Shown here: one piece after another, positions 52,301 through 64,000 of the stretch
Numbering within the stretch: position 1 is the first letter of the stretch
How the letters are laid out: every line of letters starts with the position of its first letter
Assembly (NCBI GenBank): GCA_002633005.1
Contig: NMRA01000255.1
Span: forward strand, 251,420-315,419
Origin: Phoronis australis
Taxonomy: Eukaryota; Animalia; Phoronida
Direction: 5' to 3'
DNA length: 64,000 bases
Position numbers and translations under genes: made by a program
Notes under the pieces: generated by a model
Seen by the model: only the letters and a program-made list of their open reading frames with translations
Told to the model about the DNA's origin: nothing
Databases searched by the model: none

Positions 52301-55167
52301 TGCTTTAGTGAAAACCAAACGCATCATTTGAAAGCATCTAACATGTTTGACCTAATTAAGAGTTTTAGTAATTTTAGTCTGCAAAAAATAACACTAAACT
52401 TAAAAAATAGCAGTTTTTTGCGCCTGTCTTTGGTTATTGGGAAGACACTTCTAATCATTTTTTATTGAAAAGGTACTGAAAGCAATGCCATAAACAATAT
52501 TTATAAAAACATTTTTATTAAAAAAATTTTGGATCAGATAATTTGGAAAAGAACTTCATTTGTTTAAAGTGTGAAATGTTAGTTGATGATCATATTGGAA
52601 ATTTAATAAAATTAAAAAAATTGTTCAATTTACTGCAAGACTTTTTGTTATTTTTTGGTTAAAGTCAGCAAATGGCATCACACAAGTTAATTGCATTCGA
52701 CCGAGTGTCTGGTTTGGGGCCTGCACCTAAGATTCTGGGAAATAATATTGTTTTGCAATATAAACATAGACGGTCCAGATTCCAATATCCAAGTGCCGTG
52801 TGTAAATAAGGTTTGGCTGTGTCTGTGAACATATGGTAAAAATAAATGCGCATTTTCGTTTCTTCTAAATATTTTATCCATAAAATGTCCTAAAAAAATC
52901 CGGATAAGGAAATTCTGCTTTTTGGTGCCGTAACTTAACACTTCTCACGACACAATGTCTAAAAGTAAGCTACAACTGCTAGCCAGAAGATGAGCTTCAT
53001 TCACCAAGAGGTACACTCAACCACGAAAAGTCCTCGGTACCACTCCATCGAAATAAGACTATGGACACATGCTGTTTTATCTGCTTTGCCTGACCGCCAC
53101 TTGTTGCGTCAAAATATTGAACCATAGCGTAGATTTTGTGCGATAATTATATTTTTAAAGTGGATTTTTTGTGCATGCCTCTATACTTCTATCTTTCAAA
53201 AATATTTACCATTTGTCAGGCTTCTACCATTGTTGCTATTGCCAAAAAATTCTCACAACATTGTCCAATGGCAGCTTTAGTGTACAACCTTAGACAGGTG
53301 AAGCCTTTATTATGTGCTACTAACCATTAACGAAAAATGTTGAGATTTTAATGTAAAAACTGAATGATAATATCAGCTGCCAAAAATTATCAATTTTTGG
53401 TTTGATAGAGGTGTAATGTTAGAAGCAAGCAACCACGCTTGGACTATTGTATACTGCAGCAACCTTCCCCTGAAAGTTAGGAGGGTTACCCAAGCTGAAA
53501 TATTCACTTTTTGCCATGATCACCACATACTTTGTTAGGCAAAATCATTAATTTCAGGTTTGAGGGCATTCATTCAAGAAGTAAGACACTATGCCAAGAG
53601 TACTTGAAAATTGCCTTTTTTGAAATTTCAGTGTGTTGCTAAGATGAATTGGATATCGTCACCATGGTATTTTGCAATTCAAGAAAACCAGTTTTAGGTT
53701 TAATGATGATCATATAAGAAGCAACGATGATCAAAGCATTTGAAGTGGTACCAGAAATGTAACTGAGTTGCTAAGCTTAAATGTTATCGCTGCCATGGTA
53801 ACAGTTATTTTATAATTAAATTAGTGAACTATGCTGTGTACACCACATATCAAAGAATTTTTTCAGAATTCAAACTGCCTGACTTTGTTTGTTTCAATAA
53901 AGGCATATCGTAATCAGTAGAACAGTTTTGATAATCGAAAATGGTTGCGGAGGCAGAAACATTCAAATTACCCTTTAACGCTATGTACATGTAATGACAT
54001 GGATTTGCATAAATCAATTACTGAAAGCAGAAACTGATGGCTAGTGTGTCAACACTAGTAATACAATTTTGAAAATCCGAAAACGGTCACTGCTCCCTTT
54101 AAACTGCATAAGAGGCACACAACAGAATGAATTAAATAAAGCAAACACTATCAAATGCATGTCATACTTATCACCAGTACCAGTTGCATAATAAAATCCT
54201 CTAAAGGATTACGATCAGTGATGGTTGGATATGTTTATTCATCACCAGCATCACACAAAGACACTGACATTGCTAGAATGTTCATAGTGTTTGCGTGGAT
54301 AGAAGCATGTGGTCCTAGTTTTTAAAACAAAGGTTGCATCCTCAACAAGATAATTGTATTGTTTTATAAAAAAGAAGCTCGCTGTTTGTTCATATGTGTT
54401 ACAATTAGAAATGGCATCTACTGGATTGCGTATGCAGGTTAGCTAATTATATAGAAACTGTGGAAGGATGTGCCTTCGTACTCCTTACAGGAACGTCGCG
54501 TAGCGTGGCTTTAGTGACTGGCTTTGAAAAGAGCATGCCGTTGTTCATAACTGGTGGTTTCATTTCAAAGGGAATGTGTATCAGAACAAACAACCAGTCA
54601 CCCGCATGTTACATACACTATGGGGATACATGAAAATATTGTGTTGGCCATGACTTTCAATGATTATATAAACTGCCAACTCTATTTTCTATTAACTCAG
54701 TAACTGAAATTCGAGAAATATGATGAAAACCCATATCCCAATCTTTAGAATCAAGAAAATTCAATTTCTGCCTTTATTTCCGGGTCTCAAATTTTAGAGG
54801 CTGTCCTAAACTAGAGAATTTTTACAGTAATTTCAAGTTTTCATGAAGTAGTTTTAACCATTCAACACTATTAATTTTAATAGTACATTATCGTGTTCAA
54901 TTGCCAGTAAACACATGAAAAAGATCAACTGGTTTTTTATTCGAAGAAATGCTGTAGTCTTAAATTCGAACACTAGCCCATGGCCATATGTTCGGGATCG
55001 TTGCAATGTAATTGTTTCCAGAAAACCTATTATGGCATGGCCTATGTATGAGATTTTGTAATAGGTTTTAGTTTTCATTTCCTGTCTTCCACACTATTAC
55101 TTGAATATTTAAATTCATGATTTACTTGGCCAGTTCTAGCTTTTTGTGTTGTGAAAGTATTTTAGCC

Positions 55168-56477
55168 TTTTTATTCGCCTACATGTTTATATGTGGTCGC
55201 ATTATGCCGTCATCTCCGTCCAGCGTCCGTCCGGCATCCGTCCGGCGTCCAGCGTCCGCTGCTCTATCTCCAGAACCCTTTGACATACATTCATGAAATT
55301 TGGCACATATGTCCCATTCATGAATCGGACAGCACGAGCGAACTTTCGGACGGATCTGACTATCTGTGTGCCCCCTAGTGGCAATATTAGTTTTTTACGC
55401 TTACATTTGTATCTTCAAAAGTCCTGAACGGATTTTCATGGAGTTTGGTATGTAGGCACCTATTAGTGAGATGACGCCATCCTTTCGTTTTCGGATGGAT
55501 TCGCTATCTCTCCATTTTCAGATGACTTCGACCTAGTTTGCGCCACCTAGTGGCCATTTTTACTGTTTTCGAGTTTTTGGCGTCCACTAATCTATCAACC
55601 AAACCGTTTACAGGATAATTGTGAAAATTGGGATGTATGTTTTTACTATGAATTGGACGGCTGATGATGATTTTCTGACGACTTCGTTAACTGGGGCGCC
55701 TTCTAGTGGCATTTTTTGCCCTAATGGCTGTGTCTCCTAAACTGTTTGCAGGATCTTTACTTAATTTAGCAAGTGTATTTATATGATGTTGACTATGGAC
55801 GAAGACGACTTTCAGACAGATCTGACTACTGGCGTGCCTCCTAGTGGCAATTTTAGTTTTTTACGTTTAACTCTGTGTCTTCAAAGGTCCTCAACAGATT
55901 TTCATAAAATTTTAAATATAGGCATCTATTGGTGTCATGACGCTCGTTTTCTGTTTTTGGATGGAATTGAGGTATTTTGCACCACCTAGTGGCCTTTTTG
56001 CAAGTTTCAAATCTTGTTTTTGGCGTTCACCCCTGTATCAACCAAATCATTTGAATATTGGCATGTATGTTCTCAGTGTGAAGACGACCTTTGATGATGG
56101 TGACTGACTACTGTGGCGCCTCCTAGTGGTGGTTTTGTTTTGCACCTATAGTTGTATCTCCTAATCCCACCGCAGGATCTTTATTAAAGTTAGTAAGTGT
56201 ATTTATATGAAGAAAAAACACCAGACGGCGACGACTTTCAGGCGTATCCAATGTACACTGTGCCCACTAGTGGCAATTTCATTTTATTCTGTTTTCCTTT
56301 GTTTTTCTAAAGTTCCTTGGCAGATTTTTATGAAATATGACATGTTCCTGTTTTTGGATGATTGTATGTTTTTGCACCTTCTAGTGGCCATTTCTATGAT
56401 ACAAATAAATAACCTTAAAAGCACACCATTTGCAATGCATTCATGGGCGCATTTCAATGCTCCGCGTTGCTCTTGTT
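55168..56477 (+). mobile_element. Helentron-associated interspersed element (HINE/DINE-1-like) with internal tandem repeats
   Basis: T-rich start, subterminal IR (attcgcctacatg / catgggcgcat), (CGTC/GTCC)n microsatellite at 55215-55258, ~115-170-bp core repeats, 3' short hairpin (caatgc-tcc-gcgttg) and a CTCTTGTT end; this is the known HINE architecture. Confidence 0.7.
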
Positions 56478-58502
56478 CAGTCTCCTCACGAGTTCTGTCC
56501 AAGTGAGTATGCAAAATGCAAGAGTTGAGTTGTTGCCAACAACAGCTTATTATTTGAGGTACACAAGCTGCCAAGCTTCACCATACTAAGTATATTAAAC
56601 TAACAATTTGTGAATACAGTGAAACCAGAGAGCTCATGGTTTGTTGACAAATCATGTGTCAAACTGAATCATGTGAATTGAATGTATGTGAGAGAGCTTG
56701 ACTGAATACCTCCTGCTCGTGAATTTATAATAAATATAGACAAAGTTGAGTTAAAAAGACCCCTAGGACTGTATTATTGATATATGTGTTCTCGGTAATT
56801 TACCTATTGGCCTGCGGCTCTGTTCCGGATTAGCTGTTACTGTGTTTGCTCTGATATTTGTTGCTTGGAGAAATGTGTTACTCCCTTGTAAAATTTTGTG
56901 TATTTTGTTTGTTTGTTCTCATGTTGCAGATTGCATTGCTTGACCGATCATGTAATGTTCACACATTTCTTGTCAGTAGCTGGAGGCTTGTTTTTGGTTG
57001 ACATCGGATGCAAGTTGGTGTGGTGATGGCCATTTTTAAAATTTTTTGCTCTACGGACCTATAGGCTGCACTGTTGCAGGGATTTTTCTGAAATTTGTTA
57101 TGTGGATGGATCTCTTCGAGAGCAGTCGAAAACTTGATGTCCATTTTTCGTTGCGACTTAGCGTTATTTGAGATTTTCAGGTAACTGCTGTTTAATCGAT
57201 TGAGTTTTCATACTGTGTCTCCAGCTTCCCGCAATGAATCTTTCTGAAATGTGACGTGGATAGATCTTATCCAGTGCCATCTGTGTTTGACATCTGTTTC
57301 TCACACTAACTTACCCGTTCTCAAGGGATTTGCTGTTCGGATGACTGTTTTTTTTACTAAGCTCTTCTTGCACCTTTGTTCGTCAGTCATAACTATGCTA
57401 CAAGATTCATTTTACCTTTTATATTTAGGAAATTCACACACATTGTGTAGCCTGTTAAAAGCTTGAGGCTTGTTGTTTTTGGTGTTCATTTGATTTTGCG
57501 AAGTGTTGCTGCTCAGATCATTTTCATCTGCTCGTTTCTAATGACCCTCATGTTTGAGTGTCATGTCCTCTAGTTCACTGGAATATGATTTCAGCTGTGT
57601 AGCCTTGACCCCCACCTTGTTCTGTAGTCTGTCACCGTTAACGGAAGAGCAGTTCTTGAAATGTTGGGTTTTTAATTTCAACTTTCTATCAACATTTGCC
57701 ATGTTATATTTTATAAACTTTCATTAAGTAAATTCAGTGCACATCGGCGTCTACCATTTTGTAATGGATAAGTCAAGTTTCACAGGCACATGATTTTAGA
57801 AATACGCCCCTCACTTTTAGTTAATTGTTTAACATATGGGCACATACACTTTATTCTGGATATGTCGCAAATGTTTGGGTTCATGCCCATGTTCATGTAA
57901 TTGCCCAATCCCTTCTTTTGAAAATGTTTGGTTTCAACGCCCACTGTGCGGCTAAGCATCCACCCTCTACTTTTGACAATTTTCAGTTAAGTACCTACTG
58001 CTCAGACTAGTGCTCATCTATAATTTGCTTCACAGAATTGATTTCAAAATAGCAATTCACACTTTCAAATGCAGAAACAAGGATTAATTTTGAGTTGTAA
58101 TGTAGTTATGGTCGAGAGTTATTATCACTGATAGGGACATTGCATTCTTTTGGTGTCTTCTGTGGTGTGTTAAAAACAGTTGTATTTTTAAAATTGACTC
58201 TTACCAAGCCTATAATGAGCCACTACAGCAAAATTATTTTTCAAAACTATTCTGAAGCCAAAGTGACGGCCATGTCTCTTGACATTTTGTAGCTGACTTA
58301 TTTTTCCATATATGGCGCTATTCAGTGCGAACGGAACAAACACACATCGCCCAATAATTTAAGCTTGAGGCTTTATAAATCATACAAAAAGAATCATTGA
58401 ATGTCAAACCAACATAAGAAAAAATATTTTTGCTGCATTGCGAAGTTTGCACTGCATCATTCCCACGCATGAATACTCTCATACAATGCCTCACAGAAGC
58501 TC

Positions 58503-58560
58503 TCGACAGGAAGTTCTTTGACAGGAAGTTCCTTGACAGGAAGTTCCTTGACAGGAAACT
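58503..58560. repeat. 15-bp tandem repeat x4
   Basis: (T/C)GACAGGAAGTTC(C/T)T repeated; contains CAGGAAGT. Confidence 0.9.
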
Positions 58561-59162
58561 CTTCATTCGGAGTAGCATTTTGTGCTTGGATTTATCTGAC
58601 TACGCATCTTTAATAACTTATTCGTATAGTAGGTCAGTCCTTGAATTTTGGCAGGTGTTTTTTCAACGTGTATTTTCTCCCGTGTAAATTTGCGTTATTA
58701 GCTTCTCGAATGCGCATGGCGGTTAGAGAGCGCTGATTCAACTTTCATGTCAGTGACTAGCCTTCTAGAAAATTCTCTGAATTTTGAGGCTGTGGAAGGT
58801 TATAGGTGGCAAAAGTGACTTTGTGGCCCTGGTTAAGTACCCATGTTTGTGATGACTTTGGTTGCCCTTCAAAACAACTTTGATTTGATTAATATCTATA
58901 GATTTAATGAACGACCAAATTAAATTGTGACATTACAATGAATAGACATACCAGTATCAGGTAATTAATCATGTAGGTAAACAATAGATACCCCCCCCCC
59001 CTCCGCTATTGGTGTCCATTTGCATTGAAAAGTAATGCTAATTCTCCTAACAGTTTGGGTAAGCGCCAACTTCAATTTCTTGAATTTTCCTATTTAACCC
59101 TATTCCCCCATGGTGCAACCCAAATGTTTACAGTAACGTACATATGACGCAAATGTACTGAG

Positions 59163-60610
59163 CAGGGCTCGACATAACGAGCTGCAGGTCGCATTTGCCA
59201 CCTGAAATTTGGAAATGCGAGCTGAGATTTTTGTCAGCTCGTATAAAGTCGCAAAATGCGACCTGGAATTTCCAACGAATGCGAGCTGAGTTTTTACACT
59301 TCTCAACAGATACCCGGCAAATACGAATCAGGTCTTGTTAATCCGACTGTTATTTGGTTGTTGCCAAATAGAAGTTCAAAAGAACACTAACCGAGAACTG
59401 CCCTCCCGATGACTTGTAAGCATGTCGCGTGAACATGGGATATACAGAATCGATCTTTGACGCGTTTCATTGGCTAACACTTTCGGCCACTTTTGTAAAT
59501 TCCCGGATTCGNNNNNNNNNNNNNNNNNNNNNNNNNNNNNNNNNNNNNNNNNNNNNNNNNNNNNNNNNNNNNNNNNNNNNNNNNNNNNNNNNNNNNNNNN
59601 NNNNNNNNNNNNNNNNNNNNNNNNNNNNNNNNNNNNNNNNNNNNNNNNNNNNNNNNNNNNNNNNNNNNNNNNNNNNNNNNNNNNNNNNNNNNNNNNNNNN
59701 NNNNNNNNNNNNNNNNNNNNNNNNNNNNNNNNNNNNNNNNNNNNNNNNNNNNNNNNNNNNNNNNNNNNNNNNNNNNNNNNNNNNNNNNNNNNNNNNNNNN
59801 NNNNNNNNNNNNNNNNNNNNNNNNNNNNNNNNNNNNNNNNNNNNNNNNNNNNNNNNNNNNNNNNNNNNNNNNNNNNNNNNNNNNNNNNNNNNNNNNNNNN
59901 NNNNNNNNNNNNNNNNNNNNNNNNNNNNNNNNNNNNNNNNNNNNNNNNNNNNNNNNNNNNNNNNNNNNNNNNNNNNNNNNNNNNNNNNNNNNNNNNNNNN
60001 NNNNNNNNNNNNNNNNNNNNNNNNNNNNNNNNNNNNNNNNTTTTATACCTCGGAAAGAAAGTTAACACTAGTGACGTGCGTGTCGTTTTGCGACTGACCT
60101 ATTTTTCCCGTACTTGGAGAGTATTGAAGAGCAAACTCGCGATTACCCGAGTTAGTTTGAATCGTTAACGACTTTGATGACGGCCAGTAGCAGACCAGAT
60201 CTAACAAAATCCCAGATACTTTTTCAACGGGCATTTTCTCCCTTTTCACATCGCAAATTTAGCTACTCCAATGCACAAGTCAGTTAGAGAGCACTGATTC
60301 AACTTTCACGCCGGCAACTTGCCGTGCGCTCTAGAGTCTTTCAATGGCGGTCGTGAAGAACAGTAAGGCCGTACCTGCATGAATGAAGTCAATTTTGAGA
60401 TCCGAAATTTGTGAGTATTTAACGCTGCAGATAAGAGCATAATCTAAACATTTTCTAGATGATCTAAAAAATCTATTTTGGCGCGTAAAAATGGCGGGAA
60501 AATTTTGCGACCTGGCATTTACGAATGCGAGCTGGATTTTGAAAATGCGACCTGGGATTTTGGCTAGGTCGCAAAATGCGACCTGGCGATTTGAATAGCG
60601 TCGAGCCCTG
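59163..60610. mobile_element. Non-autonomous DNA transposon with CAGGGCTCGAC TIRs and 5-bp TSD (hAT5-like)
   Basis: CTGAG|CAGGGCTCGAC ... GTCGAGCCCTG|CTGAG; subterminal TGCGACCTG/TGCGAGCTG repeats at both ends; spans the assembly gap. Confidence 0.8.
59512..60040. other. Assembly gap (529 N)
   Basis: Run of N. Confidence 1.
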
Positions 60611-61280
60611 CTGAGGACCACCTGTATTGTTTCATTAAACCTTGTATCAACAACAAGTTGTGTAACCATTTAGCCCATGTTTTCATGAGGTGACATTTGT
60701 CAATGCCATGCAAGATTCCATAAGACCATAAAGTAAGTGATGCCATGACTAGAGAGATCATAGCTACCAGACCTGATTCTCAAAGCTGGATACAGAGTAC
60801 TCATACATAGCAAGAGGAAAATTAATGCTCTCTGAACTGAAAATTAGGTTACTTTGTGGTACATACAGTTACAATGAATCAAGGAGACAGATTTGTTGTT
60901 GTCAGAGGATGTAATAGTAAATTTTATTTGAATACCAATGATAATAATCAGCTTATTCCATGTTTTTGAACAACTAAAAATCAGAACTCTGTGTTATCAA
61001 TGTGCATTGAATAAAAATCAGAAGATTCCGTTCCATAGTCAGGTTTTCTCTTGGTTTCAGTCATGCTGAAGAAATCAAAAATAGCAAATGGGTGACTCCA
61101 TAGCCCACGTGTGGTCTTTTTGGGGTCCACAGGTATTTGACAAGTTCATTTGAAGCATGATAGTACATAAACACCATCTCTTGTCTTACATTCTGTGTCG
61201 TAGCGCAGCTGGTTCCTGGGGCAGATGTATTTAAGAGAAAAGGAGAGAACCCACCAACTTTCAAGTAACAGGGAGGAACA

Positions 61281-63092
61281 TTTGTGCCTTATGAGGCACT
61301 TTCATTATTCGGCGGAAATCTGCCAAGTATGTTGGTCTGACATCAAGTTTTTTTTTTGTTTGTTCGCTCTCCACAGGTCGCAATTCTCCCCCAATTTTCA
61401 CGAAATATGCACACGACGTGTAGACTGGACAGTCCTGGAAGCCTATTGTTTTTGGTCATGATCGGATTCAAAATGGCCATTTTCTTTCCGATTTCACATT
61501 CAAATGCTCATAGAGACCGCATTTTTTGACTGAGCTGAAACTTGGTACGATTATTATACAACACGTGCTACAATTGTGCCGAAAAACGTTGACTTCCAGT
61601 TAAAGATGGCGGAAATATTGACAGTGGCGCATGCGCACCTCGATATCTGGCCAAAAACGTTTTCTCCTGTAGAGGGTGCACTGGCGAACCAATCACTTTC
61701 AAACTGGTCACGTGTTTCTTGCAATTGATCAGCTTTTAAAAAAATTTGTTTAACCGGAAGTCACGGCAGCTCTGGCGCATTTTCACTCATTTTCAATCGT
61801 TCTGCTGTCGCCTTTTTAACGAGAAGAGCAAATGACGAGAATTTTTGCATGTGGATTCCTTGAAGTATGCTCTTTCAAAAGTTCTGCGATAACGGTTTTC
61901 TCAGACTTACCGTTTTCGAGTTATTTGACTTTGAATTTCAAAAAAATGCAAATTTCAATTTTTTCAAAAACTTTATGGAATGTTGCGAAAATATCAATCT
62001 AGATAGAGTTTTGGATGGGCTTTCAGAAGATATTTTCCATTTTTCGCTACGACGTCTACTTTTTGAATTATTCGAGATTTTCTGATAGTGCTGTTCCTAA
62101 TTGTTGACAGCTCTTGCTGCACTGATGTTGGTTTAGCTTAACAAGACTATGAAGACATTGCTCATAGAGGCCGCATTTTTCGACGTGCAGGGCTGAACAT
62201 TGGTACGATAATTAAAGCACACAAGCACTACAACTGCACCGTAAATCTTCAACTTCCGATCAAAGATGGCGGAAATATCAGCTAGGGCGAATGCGCTCCT
62301 CAATAACGCCGAAAATGTTTTCTCCTGTAGATGGCGCATTGGTGAACCAATCATTTTGAAACTGGTCACGTCTTTGTTACATTCGATCAGCTTTTACAAA
62401 ATTTTGTCAAACCGGAAGTGGTTTTCAAGATGGCGGCTCTGGCGCATTTTCAACCCTGTTCAATCGTTCTACGGTCGCATTTTTAATGGGAAGAGCAAAT
62501 GACGTGAATTTTTTGCGTGTTTATTCCTTGAAGTATGCTCTTTCAAAATTTCTGCTCTGAAGTTTTTCTCAGGCTTACCGTTTTCGAGTTATTTGACTTT
62601 GAATTTCAAAAAAAAATGCAAATTTCAATTTTTTGAAAAAATTATGGTGTGTTGAGAAACTATCAGTTTAGATAGAATTTTTTGCTATTTTGATAGTTAG
62701 AATCTAGTGAGGACGAGCATTCTGAATCTGTAGTCAGACTTTTTCTAGCACTTGCAGGAAAGTGGTCATTTCGCTCAAACGAGGTTTATTTAGAACTTGG
62801 GTACTTCTGGCGAACTGTGCAAAGTTGTTGGCTTTCAATAGAGATTTTCCCAGACTTTGTATGAGCGCACCAAGCATAAAAGAATGGGGGGCTGGAATTT
62901 TTGGGAATGTCTATCTTTTACAATAAGATTCAGTGGGTATTTTCAGAGCTATGAATTGCCGACTCTAAATTTTGGTACTTCCTGTCTTCTAGTGGAATAT
63001 TGTCTCATTTTCTACTTTTTTCGGAATTCGTGCTTCTGTGACTGAGGCAGACCTTTTTCCAGTTCTCCAAATAGGGGGCTCGTTCGAGCACA
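61281..63092 (+). mobile_element. Second HINE-like element with a ~655-660-bp internal tandem duplication
   Basis: 5' stem gtgcctt-a-tgaggcac, 3' subterminal tgaggca (63043) and hairpin gctcg-tt-cgagc (63078-63089); 61505-62012 is repeated at 62159-62682. Confidence 0.6.
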
Positions 63093-64000
63093 TGAGTATG
63101 ACAAGTCCAACACAACACGTTACCATTTTTTATTCATTAACCCAAAATGATTCAAACTTTTAACATAATAAGTAACTTAAAATGCACAATACTTTACAAC
63201 ATTTAGCATTACAAACACTATTCAACAGCAACAGTTTCCATGATATGAAAGTGGACATACATGTAACTATTACCATGGTGACGTAATAGTGTTTCCTTAC
63301 ACCAGAATTTGACAAGCATCATTTAAAAAAATATGAAGTTGCAAGGAACAAGAATTAGAGGCTTGAAGCTTCACAATCCAACATAGCTTATTCCTCAAAT
63401 TAAGATTACGGTAAAGTCGCGTGATTTTCGGACACTGAAAATTAATTCCAATAGAAAAAATTCATTCTTGGACGAATCTCGCGAAACATCATTTCTGTGG
63501 TGTCCGAATTTGGCGGACCTCCAAATTTGGGTTTCCGCTAGTGTCCGAATTTCGTGAGTGTACATTATTTCGATGAGAGGTCGTAGTATCAACATTGCTG
63601 GCTCGTTCATTTGATAGCAGTACAATTGCAGGTAAATGAGACTCAAATGGTCTGCGCGAGTAATTTTTGAAAATCTGGCTTTCCCAATAAGAAATGTGCG
63701 CTGTCTACGCACAAGACCGTTCCCGACAAGTGTTGGTTCTTCTTTTCAAAGATGCGCTTTCTCAATATGAAATATTCCGCTTGCATTGCGGATGCTCAAA
63801 AACCGTTCTCGGCAAGTGACGGAATCTTTTCAAAACTGCGCTATCTCACTTGAAATATCGGGCTGCGTTGTGAAAAAAGAGTCTTCCTGGTGACAAATAT
63901 GGGCTTTCCAATGAGTGGGTCTGGTTTGCGTTGTTGGCTCACATGAAACGCTGCAGACAGCTGATTCTCTTTTGTAAAAATTCGTTTTCTCAATAAAAAA

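Noticed and set aside
58318-58687. ORFs with DRKFL/SRNFL repeats
   Set aside because: Simply the translation of the 15-bp tandem repeat; no splice or homology support.
59376-60168. Three 222-232-aa ORFs in the ORF track
   Set aside because: Artefacts of translating through the N gap.

Overview
Intron-rich, AT-rich eukaryotic (animal, probably invertebrate) genomic DNA; the ORF track only catches fragments because the genes are spliced. Three genes could be reconstructed by hand from GT-AG exons. (1) The 3' ~93% of POLR3B (RNA polymerase III second-largest subunit): 26 exons on +, 759-26476. (2) A convergent, uncharacterised ~256-aa gene on -: 5 coding exons, 32005->27425, with an RFX X-box-like promoter motif, so possibly ciliary. 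(3) The 5' half of GMPS (GMP synthase) on +, divergent from gene 2, with coding exons 39020-49363 followed by a >14.6-kb repeat-filled intron that contains a 529-N gap. The most unusual signals are these. At least four separate duplications copy an exon 3' end plus its splice donor into the downstream intron. One of them is a ~188-bp direct duplication flanking a 1.75-kb inverted-repeat element. A Helentron-associated (HINE)-like element carries eight co-oriented CTCF-like motifs. A CAGGG-terminal element has a 5-bp target-site duplication. All coordinates were read by eye and no database searches were run.
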